A stretch of DNA of 63,993 nt, counting the filler, from Basidiobolus ranarum (lineage: Eukaryota), in the NCBI GenBank assembly GCA_040143965.1. It is 10 parts of 10 records of this genome, joined end to end, with 100 filler letters (N's around TTAATTAATTAA, not from the genome) between each part and the next. Parts side by side here need not be neighbours in the genome. Positions count along the whole stretch, not along the records: positions 25,874 to 32,222 come from JASJQH010008213.1; positions 32,323 to 38,658 come from JASJQH010008214.1; 8 more parts are not named here. The stretch is one strand, 5' to 3'. Within the stretch, counting starts at the first letter, position 1. Every line of letters starts with the position of its first letter. A program made the translations under genes and the position numbers. Of the stretch, positions 25,874 to 38,758 are shown piece by piece. The notes below the pieces were generated by a model. The model was not told the DNA's origin. It was given only the letters and a program-made list of their open reading frames with translations, and made no database searches.

Positions 25874-28190
25874 TCCGGTTTTTTCGAAGCCGAAGATTTG
25901 CCCATTACCAGCGCTCATGATACGCGGAACATAAACCCAGAAAATTTTTTTGTATCTCACTCGACCGGCCGCAACAGATTGACCAACCACAAGGGCAGCA
26001 GGAAGAAGAGGACTCATGATCTGAGAGATAATGAAAATACCATAAAACCATGAGGTAATATCACCACGACCCATTAACCATAGAGAGAGACCAAAGGCTA
26101 CAACTCCCCAAAGCAACAAGATAATGACCACTATCTTAAGTTGCTCGTCAAAGATGAATGAAACTGGTGATGGGAATAGAATCTTATGGACCATGTTTCC
26201 TTTGTCAGTAGAAGTACCAGTGGCAGCAACGATTGCCTTAACCTTTCCATCGACAACGGGACTGACTTGAAGGACGCGGGTACCACAGTACAAAGTATTG
26301 TTTCTGCTTGCACTAGCATCATAAATACCATCATCGTTCTTGATTGGGAATTTACGTACGGGCATGGCCTCTCCAGTCAAGGAACTTTCATCAACGATAA
26401 CCTCTCCAGAAAGGACCACTGCGTCACATGGTACGCTATGATCAGCTTGAACTTCAAAAACGTCGCCGGTTACTAAATCAGTAGAGGATATAACGACCCA
26501 CTTTCCATCGCGTAGCACAGTACAGTCTTCCTTGAATTCAGCCAAGCTTTTCACTTTATGCTCCGACTTGAGACGAAGTACAACTTTGATAATTGCAGAG
26601 ATGATGATCACTACCGTTTGAACCAAACCCATGTAATAGTAATTGAAGTAATACCAAACCCAAAGACACATCATCTGGTACAAGTAGAAATATGCCCCAA
26701 ACCTAAACGTAAGCTTCGTAAGAAGGTGCTATGGATAAAGACATAAGAAAAACACTACTTACTCTTGAATCACAGCTACGATGAATGATGGTACATAAAC
26801 ACTAATGAAATTAGGACCCAAAAGCTCCAAACGATAATTAGCCTCTTCTTTAGTCAGTCCATGAGAATGCTTGTGGAGTTGCTCATTGGTTTGAGCAAGA
26901 TAGAAAATGAAAGGCTCAAAGCGATCCTCTTCTGCATTGTAAACATAGCGTGCACACTGGAATTCGAAATATTTTCTCTGCTTTTCTGTATAAAGGACTT
27001 GAGATGTGGAAATGATATAATCTCCACCGAAGTACCGAGTAAAAAGCTCCTCTCCTTGACGTAATCTACGAAGCAAGAGACTGTTATCATCCAAGAGAAT
27101 CACCGGGTCCTTCTTCTTTTTAACTTGAATGAAGCCACCGTCTTTGACGAGAGACTGGATTCTAAAGTAATTTCTGATCGTAGGGCTGAAGAGATATAGG
27201 ACCACCAACCAAAGAGCAGCAACGTGCCAATAAGCACAGAATATATTGGAAGAGAGGTCTGATGTGAGGAACACACCGTAAGCAACTCCGTTTACAGCAC
27301 CATAATAATCAGCAACAATGATGCCAAGAATTACGAGCCATCCGACGGCAATGACATAAGCATAAATCATGACGAAAGTACCGAAGATATTATTGTTGAA
27401 ACCTTGGAAATCAAGTTCTTCCAATTCGTGATGAGTGACTATTTCTTTCTCGCTTAGACCATTCTTAACTTCGGAAGTACAAAGTTGACTTTTGATTGAC
27501 TAAATAAGTAGAAGAGATTAGAAAAACATAGCGCTAGGATTGAAATATTAAAAAAAGTATGTACTCTTTCAGCTCCTGATTTGTATAAATGCCAAATAGC
27601 AAGAAGCAATAGCTCAAATCCAACAATAGCATACACAGCGACGAACATAGGTTCAGTATAAGTAAATTTTGGTAAAGCGGCAACTGGAGCCTTCAGCCAC
27701 ATGTCGCCTTTAACCTCAGAGCTCATCAATGGATAATCTTTGCCAATGTCCTTGTTGCAAGCATTGGTAGTCATTACTTCGCGCTCGGTAGTGTTAAACT
27801 GTGGAATATTCACTAGCTGACCGGACATGCATGGAACCAAAGTTTGAGAAACAACACCACAATCACAGACGTTAACGATGGCGTCACAGGAAGCATGGCA
27901 AGCACCATCAGAGCAGAACATTTGTCCAGCCGGGCAATTAGGGGCAACCTTGACTGGGCAATTTTTCAGGTCACTGACGCAGAGTATAGGGCATGCTATG
28001 TTTCGCGCCAGCTTCAAGGGACAGGTATGCCCAGATAAATCATAGTCGTTCGCTAGATCACCAATACAAGTTAGAAAAGAAAGTCAGGAATACGAAGAAA
28101 GACAACCATACCTGTGTTGAAGACGGGGATTGCAATAGTAAAAGTCAAGAAGAAGCCAAATATGGCGGTGAGAAATTGAAACAACCTCAT
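25874..28190 (-). CDS. P5-type (ATP13A/Ypk9-like) P-type ATPase with N-terminal signal peptide and Cys-rich domain; 3'-truncated
   Basis: Exons 28190-28112, 28052-27565, 27499-26763, 26702-25874 splice in frame; motifs LGPNFISV, FYLYQ, VPCDAVVLSG, DESSLTGEAMPVRK, TGTSTDKG, M4 SPLLPAAL; ends at the phosphorylation motif. Confidence 0.88.
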
Positions 28191-31100
28191 GGCCACAATT
28201 TGTACAAAAAGCTAAAGAAAAAGAAACTAAAGAAGCTACAGAAAAGTGGATAAAGCTCGAGGGTAAAACGAATAGAGTGAGAATGAAATTCCCTGAAACA
28301 CTGTGGAGGAATTGGTCTTCTTTTATTGTTACTGATCCGACAGTTAATAGGGCTTAATTTGGATTCATTTCCTTTTATATATAATGAAATTGATGCGTGC
28401 TTTCAATATGAACGGATTACCAAATAAATGCTGTCGAACTTTCAGTAAATATTTAGGGAAAATAAGCTAATATCTCTTCGCAACACAAGACAAATGGCTC
28501 AATGGATTGGCTTGATCAATTCTGATTGAGCACAAAGTTACATGTCGGTTGAAGTGCAGAAGTATGAGTCTTTCACTTTACCAGACCCAAGAATCTCGCT
28601 CATAAGATATGAAATTCGATTTCTTACCGTCAACCGTGAGCCAAATACATCCCCTAGGTCCAAGTGCGCTATATTTCAGGCATTCGACACTTGTAGCTGG
28701 CTAGCTATGGGTAGGATATTGCATCACAGTCAATCTTGAAATCTGGATTCTATACTATTTGAGTAATTCGAATGGATTCTGTCGAACAGGGAATATATAT
28801 GGATAAACCTGATGCGATAAACAGTCGTTGCACAGCAAAGGCAAGTTCGTCAACACTTGTGGTGAAAAACCACGCTGAAATGGTCCAGATCAAGAAAAAG
28901 AGAAACTCATGGCGCAACTCATCAGGGGATTAACAACCGATAGTCATTCACAAGGGTGATTTGTGTCTGGCTATTCTATCAATCCACTATGCTTGGTGTA
29001 CCGATGAGGGCCAACAACGAGTAATGCACAAGATTCCACCTTCTCCTACCGATAATGGCCAACGAATTTTGGATAAATTTGGCCATGTTTCACTAAGAAA
29101 GCCCGCCATATTTACAACAATATCTACGAGTATTTACCATGTCACACACGCATCAGCGAGAGCTCGAAAGAAGACCACTATCTGTGATTGGAAATGGGAT
29201 GGCCATTGGAGAAACCTGTTACAACCTAACCGATGAGGTATTGAATCAGAATTTTACTTGGGGGAAGCTCGTATCGTGTATTTTCTGAATCACCTCAGGA
29301 TACCCATTACAAATTAAGGGTTCGTCATATATGGTTTTGGAAACTACACATATTACAGGTCTTGTACGCTGTCCCACTTAGGGATATTCTCTATGCTAAA
29401 GTTTGTACCCTTCGCTGCAAGTGACTGTTACACTTTGCAATTAAGGAAACTTGAAATACGCTGGCCTCAGATCGATTCCTAATGCAACGATAACAACTAG
29501 CATGGAGGCACTTCCACATACTGATGGCGTTCAACCGCCCTTGGCCTGCGATGTGGAGCTGCCTTAGCAGTCCCACCATCAAGAAACCACATGAACTCCA
29601 ATCCTATCCAGTATGATAAGTCCACGATGAGTGCTTATTAATACCTCATCATCTCCTCCTACACCCAATTACTGAGGCGAAACAAACTGACGAAACCTGC
29701 CTAGCCTAGCAATATGTGTAAGAAGAGTGAGCCAACATTAGCCCTAACTTGAGCTAACGACTCGAAGTAGGGTGAGAGAAAACGAGGGAGCACCCCACCA
29801 AATTTCACTAACAACTACAGATGGGTCCCACTGAAGTCACTAACATATGTTAAAAGGTCGTAATCTTCCTTCGAATTATTGCCACGTCGTGTGCAACATT
29901 TTCCATAGATTACGGACCAAATTTGGGGATGTAAGAACTCAATCATCAGCTTACCTTAATTGGGAATATTTCGGAATTGAAAAGTTTGCCAAGTTCACAT
30001 GATAAAGCTTAGTGCCATTTCATCCCACCCATCCAATGGAGCTATGGTAGCATATGATAGTACTAATCCAGTCAGCGCTTCGCCTGCATGACGCCATCTG
30101 GAAACACCATGAAAATGACGTCTGATTGGTGGAATTGCAATTCATTGTGATGGATGTGATCCATCAATGATGAACGCTGCACAATATATTACCAGCATCG
30201 AGAGTGTGCTGCAAAGTAGAGAATCCACTTAATATATGTTAGCTTTGTTGAAAAATATGCTCAGGGACCGATCAGAACCTAAAATCACCCCATCCATCTA
30301 AGACTTTGGTTGGTACTGCAATTCCATTCCATGTGACTCATAATGGATGCTTAAAAGGAATAAAGATTAGTTTAAGATAGAGCTGGCATGGTAAACATTT
30401 ACCAATCAGGGTCACAACAAATATATATAGCATCCTCTGGACTGGTGTCATGTTTAGGCAAAGGGAGTTACCAGTCAAGGAAAATGGCTCCCAATTCCAG
30501 TCACTAAATGCCAAACCTTATCTACATGTGAATGGCAAATACAAGATGAAATTATCACCCTCCCTTTTCTCTTGTTCACTAGTAATTTATTCGACTCATT
30601 GATGAAGACACAACAGAAAAAATAAGGTATATCATTTGGAGACATTGTTTCTTCAAAAGGAAGAGCGTGAAGTGTAGGGGATTTGCCAAGCTTATACTAG
30701 GTATGCCCAAACGTTCTGCTGTTCAATTATGGTAAAGCCAGTACACTTGAGTTCGGTGGTACGCCTACTGAGTTAGTCGTGTCCAGTGATAGCTTGAAGA
30801 GTGATGTATTTTCATTCTTGTGTAGACAATTGATATATTATTCTCTCATAGCGAATCGATATGGATACCCTAATGAGGAATGGAGCTATTAAATGGATGA
30901 TGTTAGTGTTACTAGGATTTTAAATGTAAATGAGAGTAATGCTCCACACAAGTCAATTTTGTACTCGATACGATGTAAGCAAAAATAGCGTGGATCAAGT
31001 ATGTTCTTCAGTTGAATAATACAAGGCAGTGCATTAGAGTCGAGGAAATTGACCTGAATTTTTCTAGATTTGTTAACGCGTGTAGAGCCAAACTGCTCTC

Positions 31101-32082
31101 ACACGTTGGCTAATTTTCATTTCATTCTACACTCAACACGATGATCTGATCTAATCAGTGCCAATTAGGTAGGGTTTGTATTTAGGTGGAAGTAATAAAT
31201 AGGTGAAGTCAGGAAATGGAAGATTGCGTGACCAAGTATAGACATGTAGACGCATGGGTTTACTTAGCTCTATATAGATAATGATGTCCTATCCAATCGT
31301 ATCCATCCAGAGTATTGGCCTATTTAATGCGTTTTGAATGGAATTAATTCCTCTTCTGCTTAGATAATCCGATTCTTTGGTACCTTCAAAGTTTTGAATT
31401 TGGAAATATTAGTACTTTGAGTATATGCACAACATGAAGTATACACATTCCCTGTTGCTCCTGATATATAACTATAGCATTAAAGATATTAGCTCTTGTC
31501 ATTCAAATCTCTGAGAAAGTTTGCCACTGATTGCCATAGATATATATATAGTATTTTATATGCTTTTAGGATATATGCACAGCAATTTTCAGGCTTAGTA
31601 AAGGTACTACTTTAGTATTTATTGTTAGAGGATAGATATTAGCAGTAGCATCTATTACGTTCTACTTTGCTCACTGTGCCTAGTGTAGCTAACTTTGGGG
31701 TTAAGGGATTGATAAAAATGGTGCAAATTACAGCGTTGTAGAGGTCTGATTAAGCCATGGAGGTATTGAAAGCGTTAGTTGTAGGTATTCAATGATCATC
31801 AATACGAATGTTGAAGCCACCTATAGGAGTTAAGTGAGTCATCAATACTAAATTTTTAGTAGATGCACAATGAGTATGAAAGCTATCAAAGGCGCAAGCA
31901 GATGCTGAGTTCTAATATTTTAACACATCCATTCAGCTGATTATTCATTTTATTACCTCTTTAAAATCTTGCATACTTACATTTACCCACACCTTGCCAA
32001 ACACATATACTATGAAATTATGAATTATGAGTCATACAAGATAGATCTGTGTGTCTTTGACCAGGATAATGAAAAGATCTGT

Positions 32083-32222
32083 GAAGTAGGGGTAATAAAT
32101 CTCGCTATATGCTGGAACAGTTTAACGCTAGTAGGTACTTTTAATAGTAAAAATTCTACTAGTTATACTCAATCAGCAGGTAATCGTTATTTTACGAGTT
32201 CCTCAGAGACTACACGCGAGAA
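32083..32222 (+). ncRNA. 5' part of a mitochondrial-type group I intron (probable NUMT or chimeric contig end)
   Basis: P element ATGCTGGAA 32109-32117, Q element AATCAGCAGG 32171-32180, R element TCAGAGACTACA 32203-32214; P3 TCTCGC/GCGAGA; stem CTAGTAG/CTACTAG; in-frame LAICWN...QSAGN...SSETTRE. Confidence 0.82.
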
Positions 32223-32322
32223 NNNNNNNNNNNNNNNNNNNNNNNNNNNNNNNNNNNNNNNNNNNNTTAATTAATTAANNNNNNNNNNNNNNNNNNNNNN
32301 NNNNNNNNNNNNNNNNNNNNNN
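32223..32322. other. Artificial contig linker
   Basis: N44-TTAATTAATTAA-N44. Confidence 0.99.
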
Positions 32323-32344
32323 TGTATACTTAGCCGCATTGTCA

Positions 32345-34113
32345 ATGAACGGCCTAGAAGAGTACATATAATACTCCACTAAAGACATATTCTTGAATAT
32401 AACCCATTGCAATATCCTAGTATGCAAGACGTTTCAGCCTGTAAAGCCAACGACACTGATGAAGAGATGCTTCCCGATGTCGAAAGCCTATCGCAAACTC
32501 AATCAAAATGGGGAGATTTTCGCTGGGCATGTAAAAAATTTCTGGCATTTTTTGGACCCGGTTATAGTGCGTATTCTCTAATATATTCCAAACGAAACAA
32601 CATTCCCAAAACTTTTTGTTAACCTAAAGTTGTACTTTTGTTTGTCATAATTAGTGATTGCAGTAGGCTACATGGATCCGGGAAATTGGGCTACTGACTT
32701 AGAAGGTTTGTATATACATACTAATTTTTAGTCCAATCCCTCTCCTGATATAACTTCTATCATTTTACAGGTGGCTCACGTTTTGGATATTCTCTTCTTT
32801 TTGTCATTCTTCTATCCAATATCATGGCCGTGGTATTACAAGGTCTGGCTATCAAACTCGGAGTAGTCACTCGCTGTGATCTTGCTCAAGCATGCCGCAA
32901 GTACTACCCTCCTTGGGTTAATATTGGTCTGTACGTAATTTGTGAGTTGGCTATTGTAGCCTGTGATTTGGCCGAAGTCATTGGTTCGGCAGTTGCCTTG
33001 AACATGCTCTTTGGAATAGCATTACCTGCTGGAGTCCTAATAACTACTTTGGATGTGTTATTGATTCTTTTCACCTATCGCAATGATTCGATCAAATCTG
33101 TCAGACTTTTCGAGATATTCGTAGTACTGCTGGTACTGGCTGTGGGTGGTTGCTTTATGCTAGAGTTGGTGTTTGTTAAGCCTAACTTAGAGCAAATCAT
33201 GCTTGGTTTCATTCCCTCGAAAATCATTTTTACAAACCCAGATGCCCTTTACATCTCCATAGGCATTGTCGGCGCTACAGTGATGCCCCATAACCTTTAT
33301 CTTCACTCTCATGTTGTAAAAGTCCGCTCACCAAAATCCCAGACAGATCAAGTTCATTTACTGGATACTCATTCGAATGGTGTCACGTGGATTAATCAAA
33401 TCAGAAATTCGATCAGATTCAGTATTCTAGATTGTGTAGTTGCCCTAACATTTGCAGTATTTATCAATGCTGCAATTTTGATTGTCTCTGCTGGTGCCTT
33501 TTATTATGGGCCATTTCCACATACTGTTGTAGCAGATTTATTCGATGCTCATCAACTTCTGACAAAATACCTTGGCCCAGGCGCTGGTTTTATCTTTGCA
33601 TTTGCTCTGCTGCTATCAGGACAGAGTTCCACTATCACCGCGACTTTGGCCGGGCAAATCGTGATGGAAGGATTTTTGGGGCTTTCTATCCGTCCATGGC
33701 TTCGTAGGTTGATTACTCGTTCTCTGGCCATTATTCCAGCCATGATCGTTGCTCTCGTAAAAGGAGCAGATGGGCTCAATGGGCTTTTGATTGCCAGTCA
33801 AGTTGCCCTGAGTATCCAGCTCCCATTCGCTGTCATCCCTTTAGTTATGTTCACTAACAACGAAAAGATTATGACTTTGCAAGTTGAGAATTATGAGAAC
33901 TCCCAGGACCATCCCCCAACAGCCTCATATGGTGCTATATCTCAAAATCCCACGGATGAACCCAATAACGATGATTCTGCCCAGTCTATCAGTACAGTTG
34001 ATTTTTCCAATCCTTGGTGGCTGAAGATCATCGCTTGCACTGTAGCAACGGTGATTCTTGGCTTAAATATGTATCTATTAATAGAAACGTTAAGAGGAGA
34101 AGTGATAGTGTGA
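32345..34113 (+). CDS. NRAMP/SMF-family divalent metal (Mn/Fe) transporter, 4 exons
   Basis: Spliced [69 protein letters not shown]; exact start codon less certain. Confidence 0.93.
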
Positions 34114-34959
34114 TAGGATTTACCTTCTACTCACTACCATATTTCCGTTTTTTTACTATCGTACAATTCATTCATTTACATTGTTAGAGTTATTTCTGAT
34201 TTTCGTCTAGAAGGGGGAAATATGTGTTGCTGTATATTGTATGTATTTGCATATATCTGTGTTTTATCTCCTATACATATCCAATTCTCTACCTGCAATA
34301 TTATTATTATAAACCAAATCAAATATTTACGAACACCTATACCTGTTTGTTTTAAACAACCTGCGAGAAAGTGCGATTTAGCTACACTTTTAAAGCAACA
34401 ATGAATTAAATTCAATTGATTTATAGAATTGTTATCTCTATCGTTCTACTGGACGTTCAATATTTTGATCTGAAATTCTTACTTGACTGATCAATGTATG
34501 GTTTCATTTGCACAAAACCTGGTCAAAGTGAAGGCAGTATCTCCAACTACCCTGTATGATTTTTTAACATTTGTATTCAGTGCGATCCTGTATCAGAGCC
34601 TATTACCAAACTTACTAATGATTAATGATGAATACATGATAATATATATTTAGTCTCACATTAGTAAGAGAGTTCTGTGATCACTCGCACAAATTTTAAT
34701 AATACACGTGGACTGAAATAAAAATTTTCTGCCTCTCGTAGTGATTTTGAACGGTGAATATATTGGTGTGCACATTTCAAATGATAAATGAAGTACGTCA
34801 ACAACAAAAATATTCATACTAAGCTAGAAATCAATTTGACACACGCATGCAAGATAAATTGTGTTATGGTATATTTAATTGATTATTAGATTTCAATTTT
34901 AACACTCATATGAACTTCGTAATGTGGGTGAAGAGATATTGGTTATGTACTTATGCTAT

Positions 34960-35340
34960 TTAAGCAAGGGTAGCCTTGACGGTTTCGATAAGCTTGGCGG
35001 GGTTAGCACCAACAATTTCGGCAACCTTCTCGCCATCCTTGTAGATGTGGAAAGTGGGCATGGCACGAACGGAAGCGTTAGCGGCAATATCTGGGAGTTC
35101 ATCAACATCGATCTTAACGAAGACGGCGTCAGTGTGTTCCTCAGAGAGCTTCTCGAACTTAGGAGCTACAAGCTTGCAGGGACTAAAGAAGAAACCGATT
35201 AATATCGCAAAGTCGAATCAAAGTAATATTCATGAGTATACATACCCACACCAGGTAGCGAAGAAGTCAACAACAATGAATTTGCCACTGTTGATAAGCT
35301 CTTGGAATTCAGCTTCAGATTTAACGTGTTGAATAGCCAT
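34960..35340 (-). CDS. TRX1: Thioredoxin (2 exons)
   Basis: Exons 35340-35246 and 35182-34960; intron splits the WCG|PC active site; VVDFFATWCGPCK, KIDVDE, AMPTF, VGAN. Missed by the ORF track. Confidence 0.95.
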
Positions 35341-36971
35341 GATTATTATTAAAAAGTTTCTAATGAGTAAAGGTGTAAGGAGAAGTTTGGCGACTTTTAT
35401 ACGCATCCATCAGAACGCCCAGGCTCATTTTCTACCGGGGTAGCATACGTCCAAATAAGCACCTTAGCCAGTGATGACGAATACTGGAACTACGCCCAAA
35501 TTTGGGTAAACACTCATTTGTAATTGTCCTCAAGAGTATTGCTAGATTTCACTAGCATTCTTCAGATGACATCAATCGCATCATCCCGCTTACGTATGAA
35601 TTTGTTTCGCTGAGCGCATCTGAATGGAATTTTTAAAAAAGCACGACATCTGTCTAAAGAAGACACTAAAAGCACCAATCGCTATTGAATATGAATCTGA
35701 CCAATCCCAATGGTCGAATATTGACAACATGTATTTACGAGAAGGGGAGTCTCTAAGAGAGCCAATGTGATTTGCCCAAAAACAGAGCCAAGATGATCTT
35801 TTGTTATTCGTAGCATCGATTGATTAGTAATTCAATAGCAACTCCACTTTCCTATTATAAATCCACATGTACGTCTGTAATAAAAGTAACATGGATATTT
35901 TCTCCGTAAATTGGTTCAGTACTGGCTTTGCATAGACAAAACCCGTTTCTGAAGCGATTAGGTTCAAATGGAAAATCCACAGATCAGTGTAATTCATGCT
36001 GACGGATCTGATTCAGATTGTCGACATGTGTCCCAAATGGACCTTTCTGAAGTGGCAATGGATCACTTGTATTCGTGTGAGACGAAGGTATCACTTCGAT
36101 AATCGCATTTTCACTGCTGCATTCGAGTATCAGGGTTAGGGTTAGGTAAGTAAAGAAATGCAGGACTGTTTAGCGAATGCTAGACTGGTGAATGAGAATT
36201 TTGACAAATTGGTTAGGGCTAGGGCTAAGATTCTTGATTCAGGTCAAATATACTTGGCCTGTCCAGTCGTTTGTGCATGCTTGAAAATAGGGTTAGACTA
36301 AGCTTAATGCGAAAAATTTAAGTAGCTTCGGTCAACATTTAGCTGAGATCTATAGGTTGCTTGAGGAAGTGAGGGGGTTCAAGTCAATCAAGGTGCCCTA
36401 GTTATTTGGGCTAATATTGATATATTTAACCCACATTTGGAATATTCAATTAATCAGATTGCTCTTTTATAGAACCCAAGGGTTTCTGGTTATTAAATCC
36501 CTTGCTATATGTACGTTAGTCGCCAATTGCAGCGGTTTTCGAAAAGCCGCTGGTGATTATTGCTAACGGACAAGAGGCTTTTTGATCCTAGCTCATATCC
36601 TGCTATTCACTTGATACTGGAACCTTATGATTTATTTCGACTTATGTGACTTGTCCGCTTTTTCCATCTGTTTCTGTTGCCTATCTAGAAACATCCCACA
36701 ATATCCTTTCGAGATATATCACATCTTTGTAGCCTATTTCCAGGGGCGCTTATCCAAACCACACATAGATATCACCATCAGATTATGATGACCCACTGTT
36801 TATATAAGCGTAAACGGATTGATTCACTGATGGTTTATTAGTTGATTTTACATTTATTACCGAGTTCGTTCATTCATTATAGTATAGTAGATCCAATTAA
36901 TTGACTCCTCCTTCCTTTTCAATCTATAAAGGATTCCGAGTTCATTTTACTAAGAATTTCATGTTGGAATA

Positions 36972-38658
36972 TTAATTCAAGTAACTTACCAATTCCAATA
37001 AGTCAGGATTGGTGTTAGAAAATGATTCCAAGTCTTCTGTTACAGCTACGAAAGTGGCAATATTCCCTGCTTGTATCCATTCTGATATTAAGTTGAAAAA
37101 ACTAAAACCAACCATGCCTGAATAGAGGGTAAGACAGGTGATTAGAGTGTGTTGGTGATTGATCGCTGGCGTAGATAGAATCAAGTAAAGGTAGGTGAAT
37201 AATCCAGTGAGAGTTCCCAATAGGAAGTTAACTAAAATACACCGGTGAAAAGCAGAGTTAATAACGGATTTTTCTAGAAGGTTTGAAAGTAGATAAAGGA
37301 TATTCATTTACCAAGTATGAGAATATTCCCAATTAAACCGCGTTTCAGTGCAATGACCACTTTCTTTTCGTGAATAAGTTTCCACGAATCCTTTCGACAA
37401 AATAAACGTTTGGATTAGGAATTGTGCTATAACTAGTGTTGAAGAGACGAATAAATTCCAATTACTTGTGCTGCCAGACAGTAAGGTTTCCCATAAATAG
37501 CTATATGTGTAAATCCATATAGATTCACATGTTTGGCTGATTCAACGAAAAAGCTATACAATCTAGTCGAATAGATGGTATCATTTGGTGAGAAGCTAGA
37601 TGCAAGTGACATCCAAGAGCGTATTGAAGGTAAAACCAAGGAGCCATAGCAAATACTGCCAAAAGAAGTTGTGGCAGCTCTTGCGAAATTACGGATACTC
37701 GGAAGCCTTGCCCCACCATTGTTGAACGACAGATAGTGGCTGCTGAATACTCCAGCCACCGTAACATGAATCATATACTTGATTACCTGAGTAAGACAGC
37801 CGAAATAGTGTCAGTATGTTTCGTATTCTGGAATTTGTTTAGATCATGTACAGGGATACCACTTTTACCTGACTTGTCCAGTAAAATGTAAATATGGAGT
37901 ACAAAAGAATCAAAGTTAACACAATGTTTGTACAAGAGGTAGTGCTAGCCCCCGTTGAATTGTCATAGGATGTAGAGCATGGCAATCCTCCGAAAAACTG
38001 ATAGGAACCCATCAACTACACAAATTACGAATCCTTTAATAGATGAACTTTGTCTCATGAACTGAATCACACTTACCACAATGAGCCACCAGGCACTAAA
38101 AGCCACTTGAAGCAACATCCCCAATCCAGTGAGTATCCATATCCCAGGATATTTAGTCGCTATACATCGGATATTGTTCATTAAATCCAAAGTGAAGCCT
38201 AGTCTATGCCTCCAAACCAAAAATCTTCCCGAGTAAAATAACATCAAAAGTATTAAAATCACCAATAGAACGTACATCCTTGCTATCGCAAAGTAAATCG
38301 TCCCGCCAAGAAACATCATCATAGCTACTCCATAGAGAGATATTGCGGTGATGCGAGGAAACCTGCGTTCTCAGTATTGTGTGAGTGTTCATTCTATAAA
38401 GATAGTAGAGGATCATGATACCCGATATATGCGTTTACCTTACTAGTAGTATGAGGAATAATATGCTAAAGAATGCTCCTATTAAGCATGTAATTCCATA
38501 CATCTGCAATGAATTCAACCCAAATAGTGGATCGGATAAGCCGTTAGGTAAAAGCCCGGATAATTCATCTGAATATAATTTAATTATAACAGATAAAACA
38601 AAAGGTTTCAAATCGGGGTTAATATCGGATTTTTCGACTTATATATCACAATGTACGT
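36972..38658 (-). CDS. PNS1: PNS1/choline-transporter-like (SLC44) membrane protein, multi-exon, 5'-truncated
   Basis: FYWTSQVIKYMIHVTVAGVF, RAATTSFGSICYGSL, YGFTHIAIYGKPYC..A, ATFVAVTED. Confidence 0.8.
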
Positions 38659-38758
38659 NNNNNNNNNNNNNNNNNNNNNNNNNNNNNNNNNNNNNNNNNN
38701 NNTTAATTAATTAANNNNNNNNNNNNNNNNNNNNNNNNNNNNNNNNNNNNNNNNNNNN
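38659..38758. other. Artificial contig linker
   Basis: N44-TTAATTAATTAA-N44. Confidence 0.99.

Noticed and set aside
25874..25960. P-type ATPase catalytic motif reads FEKTG instead of FDKTG (possible pseudo-pump)
   Set aside because: It lies in the last bases of a contig where several neighbouring conserved residues also deviate (FWVYVPR, GNGQ, FGF), so a low-quality end is more likely; raw reads would settle it
29671..29697. CTGAGGCGAAAC...CTGACGAAAC resembling a hammerhead core
   Set aside because: No stem II or flanking stems I and III could be built
28260..32080. Long gene-free stretch with scattered short ORFs (also 1-900, 2300-4100, 12948-13900, 59300-61900)
   Set aside because: No coherent exon structure or recognisable domain by eye; may hide very old TE debris
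36338..36386. Pol III A-box/B-box-like motifs (TAGCTGAG...GGTTCAAGTC)
   Set aside because: No cloverleaf, short spacing and no second copy to support a SINE
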